Virus record (IMG/VR): IMGVR_UViG_3300029243_000160
Location: 32,001 to 96,000 of that record
From: a virus
Reading direction: 5' to 3' (one strand)
DNA: 64,000 nt
The translations under genes and the position numbers were made by a program. The notes below the pieces were generated by a model that did not search any database, had not been told where the DNA came from, and worked only from the letters and a program-made list of their open reading frames with translations. Below, piece by piece: positions 63,448-64,000 of the stretch (positions are counted from its first letter, which is position 1; each line of letters starts with the position of its first letter).

Positions 63448-64000
63448 ATGAATCGAATCACATATATTTCTGAAAACACAAGGCAACTGATGCAGGGAAG
63501 TACAGAAGTGCAAGAGCTTGCCAGTATTGCATACCGCACAGCTGTTTCTTTAGAAGAGAAACTGCATCGTTTTTCTCTCCTGACAAGTTCTATTGAGCAA
63601 AACGGCATCTGCGTTTCTGTTGAAGAATCTGAAAAGCTTGACTGCTACAATACGTCTATCAGATTAAAGCATCATTCTGATTCCCTGACACTCGGAATTG
63701 CATCTGACGGAGCAATTTTTATGTTAATCGCTTCCACATGGGACTACTCCGGTGATACGCCAAAGCTTCACTTGTTTCATCTGGACGAGATGCTGACATC
63801 TTCTCTCAGCAATGAACTGAAAGCTGTTGCTCGTGTTGTCATTTATATTGGACTGATGGACGAATACCTTGCGGATTTTCTGGACAGCGTTGATGACATT
63901 CTGACCAAAGAAAAACTATCGGCAGAAATCGAAACTGTTGATGGTCGCACACAGGCAATTCTTGCCGATACAGAAAGCACAGAAGACGAACTTTCTGTTT
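63448..64000 (+). CDS. Hypothetical protein, N-terminal 184 aa (runs off the right edge)
   Basis: Own translation from ATG 63448: MNRITYISENTRQLMQGSTEVQELASIAYR... It stays open to the window end and is not in the ORF track. Confidence 0.5.
   Translation, partial: MNRITYISENTRQLMQGSTEVQELASIAYRTAVSLEEKLHRFSLLTSSIEQNGICVSVEESEKLDCYNTSIRLKHHSDSLTLGIASDGAIFMLIASTWDYSGDTPKLHLFHLDEMLTSSLSNELKAVARVVIYIGLMDEYLADFLDSVDDILTKEKLSAEIETVDGRTQAILADTESTEDELSV

Larger units (their letters stand above)
1..64000. mobile_element. Segment of a conjugative plasmid or ICE (low-GC Gram-positive / Clostridia-like)
   Basis: MOBV relaxase, VirB4-like ATPase, VirD4/TraG-like coupling protein, PrgI/VirB6-like membrane proteins and RepL-like proteins beside iterons. 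No housekeeping genes, rRNA or integrase seen. Confidence 0.8.

Noticed and set aside
1-64000. Integrase, excisionase or element ends (ICE versus plasmid), partition ParA/ParB, and toxin-antitoxin pairs.
   Set aside because: No tyrosine or serine recombinase, ParA Walker-type ATPase or obvious TA pair was recognised in any frame. The ICE-versus-plasmid question cannot be settled from this window.

Overview
This window reads as the backbone of a large conjugative plasmid or ICE from a low-GC Gram-positive, Clostridia-like host. It contains no housekeeping, rRNA or integrase genes.

**Minus-strand block (1 to ~36000).** Almost all genes here are on the minus strand.
- Transfer genes: a MOBV (Pre/Mob) relaxase, a VirB4-like ATPase, a VirD4/TraG-like coupling protein, PrgI/VirB3-, VirB6- and pilin-like membrane proteins, and a 2344-aa giant protein with a putative wall-hydrolase domain.
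- DNA-handling genes: type IA topoisomerase, HU, a RecD-like helicase, an SSB-like OB-fold protein and a thermonuclease.
- Two RepL-like wHTH proteins.
- At the left edge, the first 260 aa of a miniature Cas12f/TnpB-like RNA-guided nuclease. This ORF is absent from the supplied track because it runs off the window.

**Candidate origin (36.1-37.2 kb).** This 1.1-kb non-coding stretch is packed with TAGACTTCTA-type iterons and coincides with a complete switch of gene orientation.

**Plus-strand block (37.3 kb to the window end).** More than 26 kb is transcribed on the plus strand in three units.
- Recognisable products: an FtsH-like AAA+ zinc protease, a YdjM-like hydrolase, a 1192-aa HExxH (polyvalent-type) protein, a CHC2 zinc-finger protein, a RecJ-like DHH exonuclease and a protein with three FtsK-gamma-like wHTH modules.
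- The rest is a run of very acidic proteins of unknown function that share a small recurrent module.

**Most notable observations.**
1. An orphan 4-repeat/3-spacer CRISPR mini-array at 38482-38713 has no adaptation genes nearby. It sits beside a ~200-nt multi-hairpin region and lies 37.7 kb from the Cas12f/TnpB-like gene.
2. Two element-wide DNA motifs occur in sense orientation. A 23-nt ATAACGGATAT... motif (6 copies) sits mostly just upstream of near-consensus sigma-70 promoters. A 26-nt GTTTTTCCCTTAAACCTTACATATAG motif (4 copies) heads the transfer modules.
3. Two paralogous structured 5' leaders end in intrinsic terminators.
4. Two tRNA 3'-half-like sequences carry an encoded CCA.

All functional calls come from motif reading by eye and need alignment or HMM confirmation.
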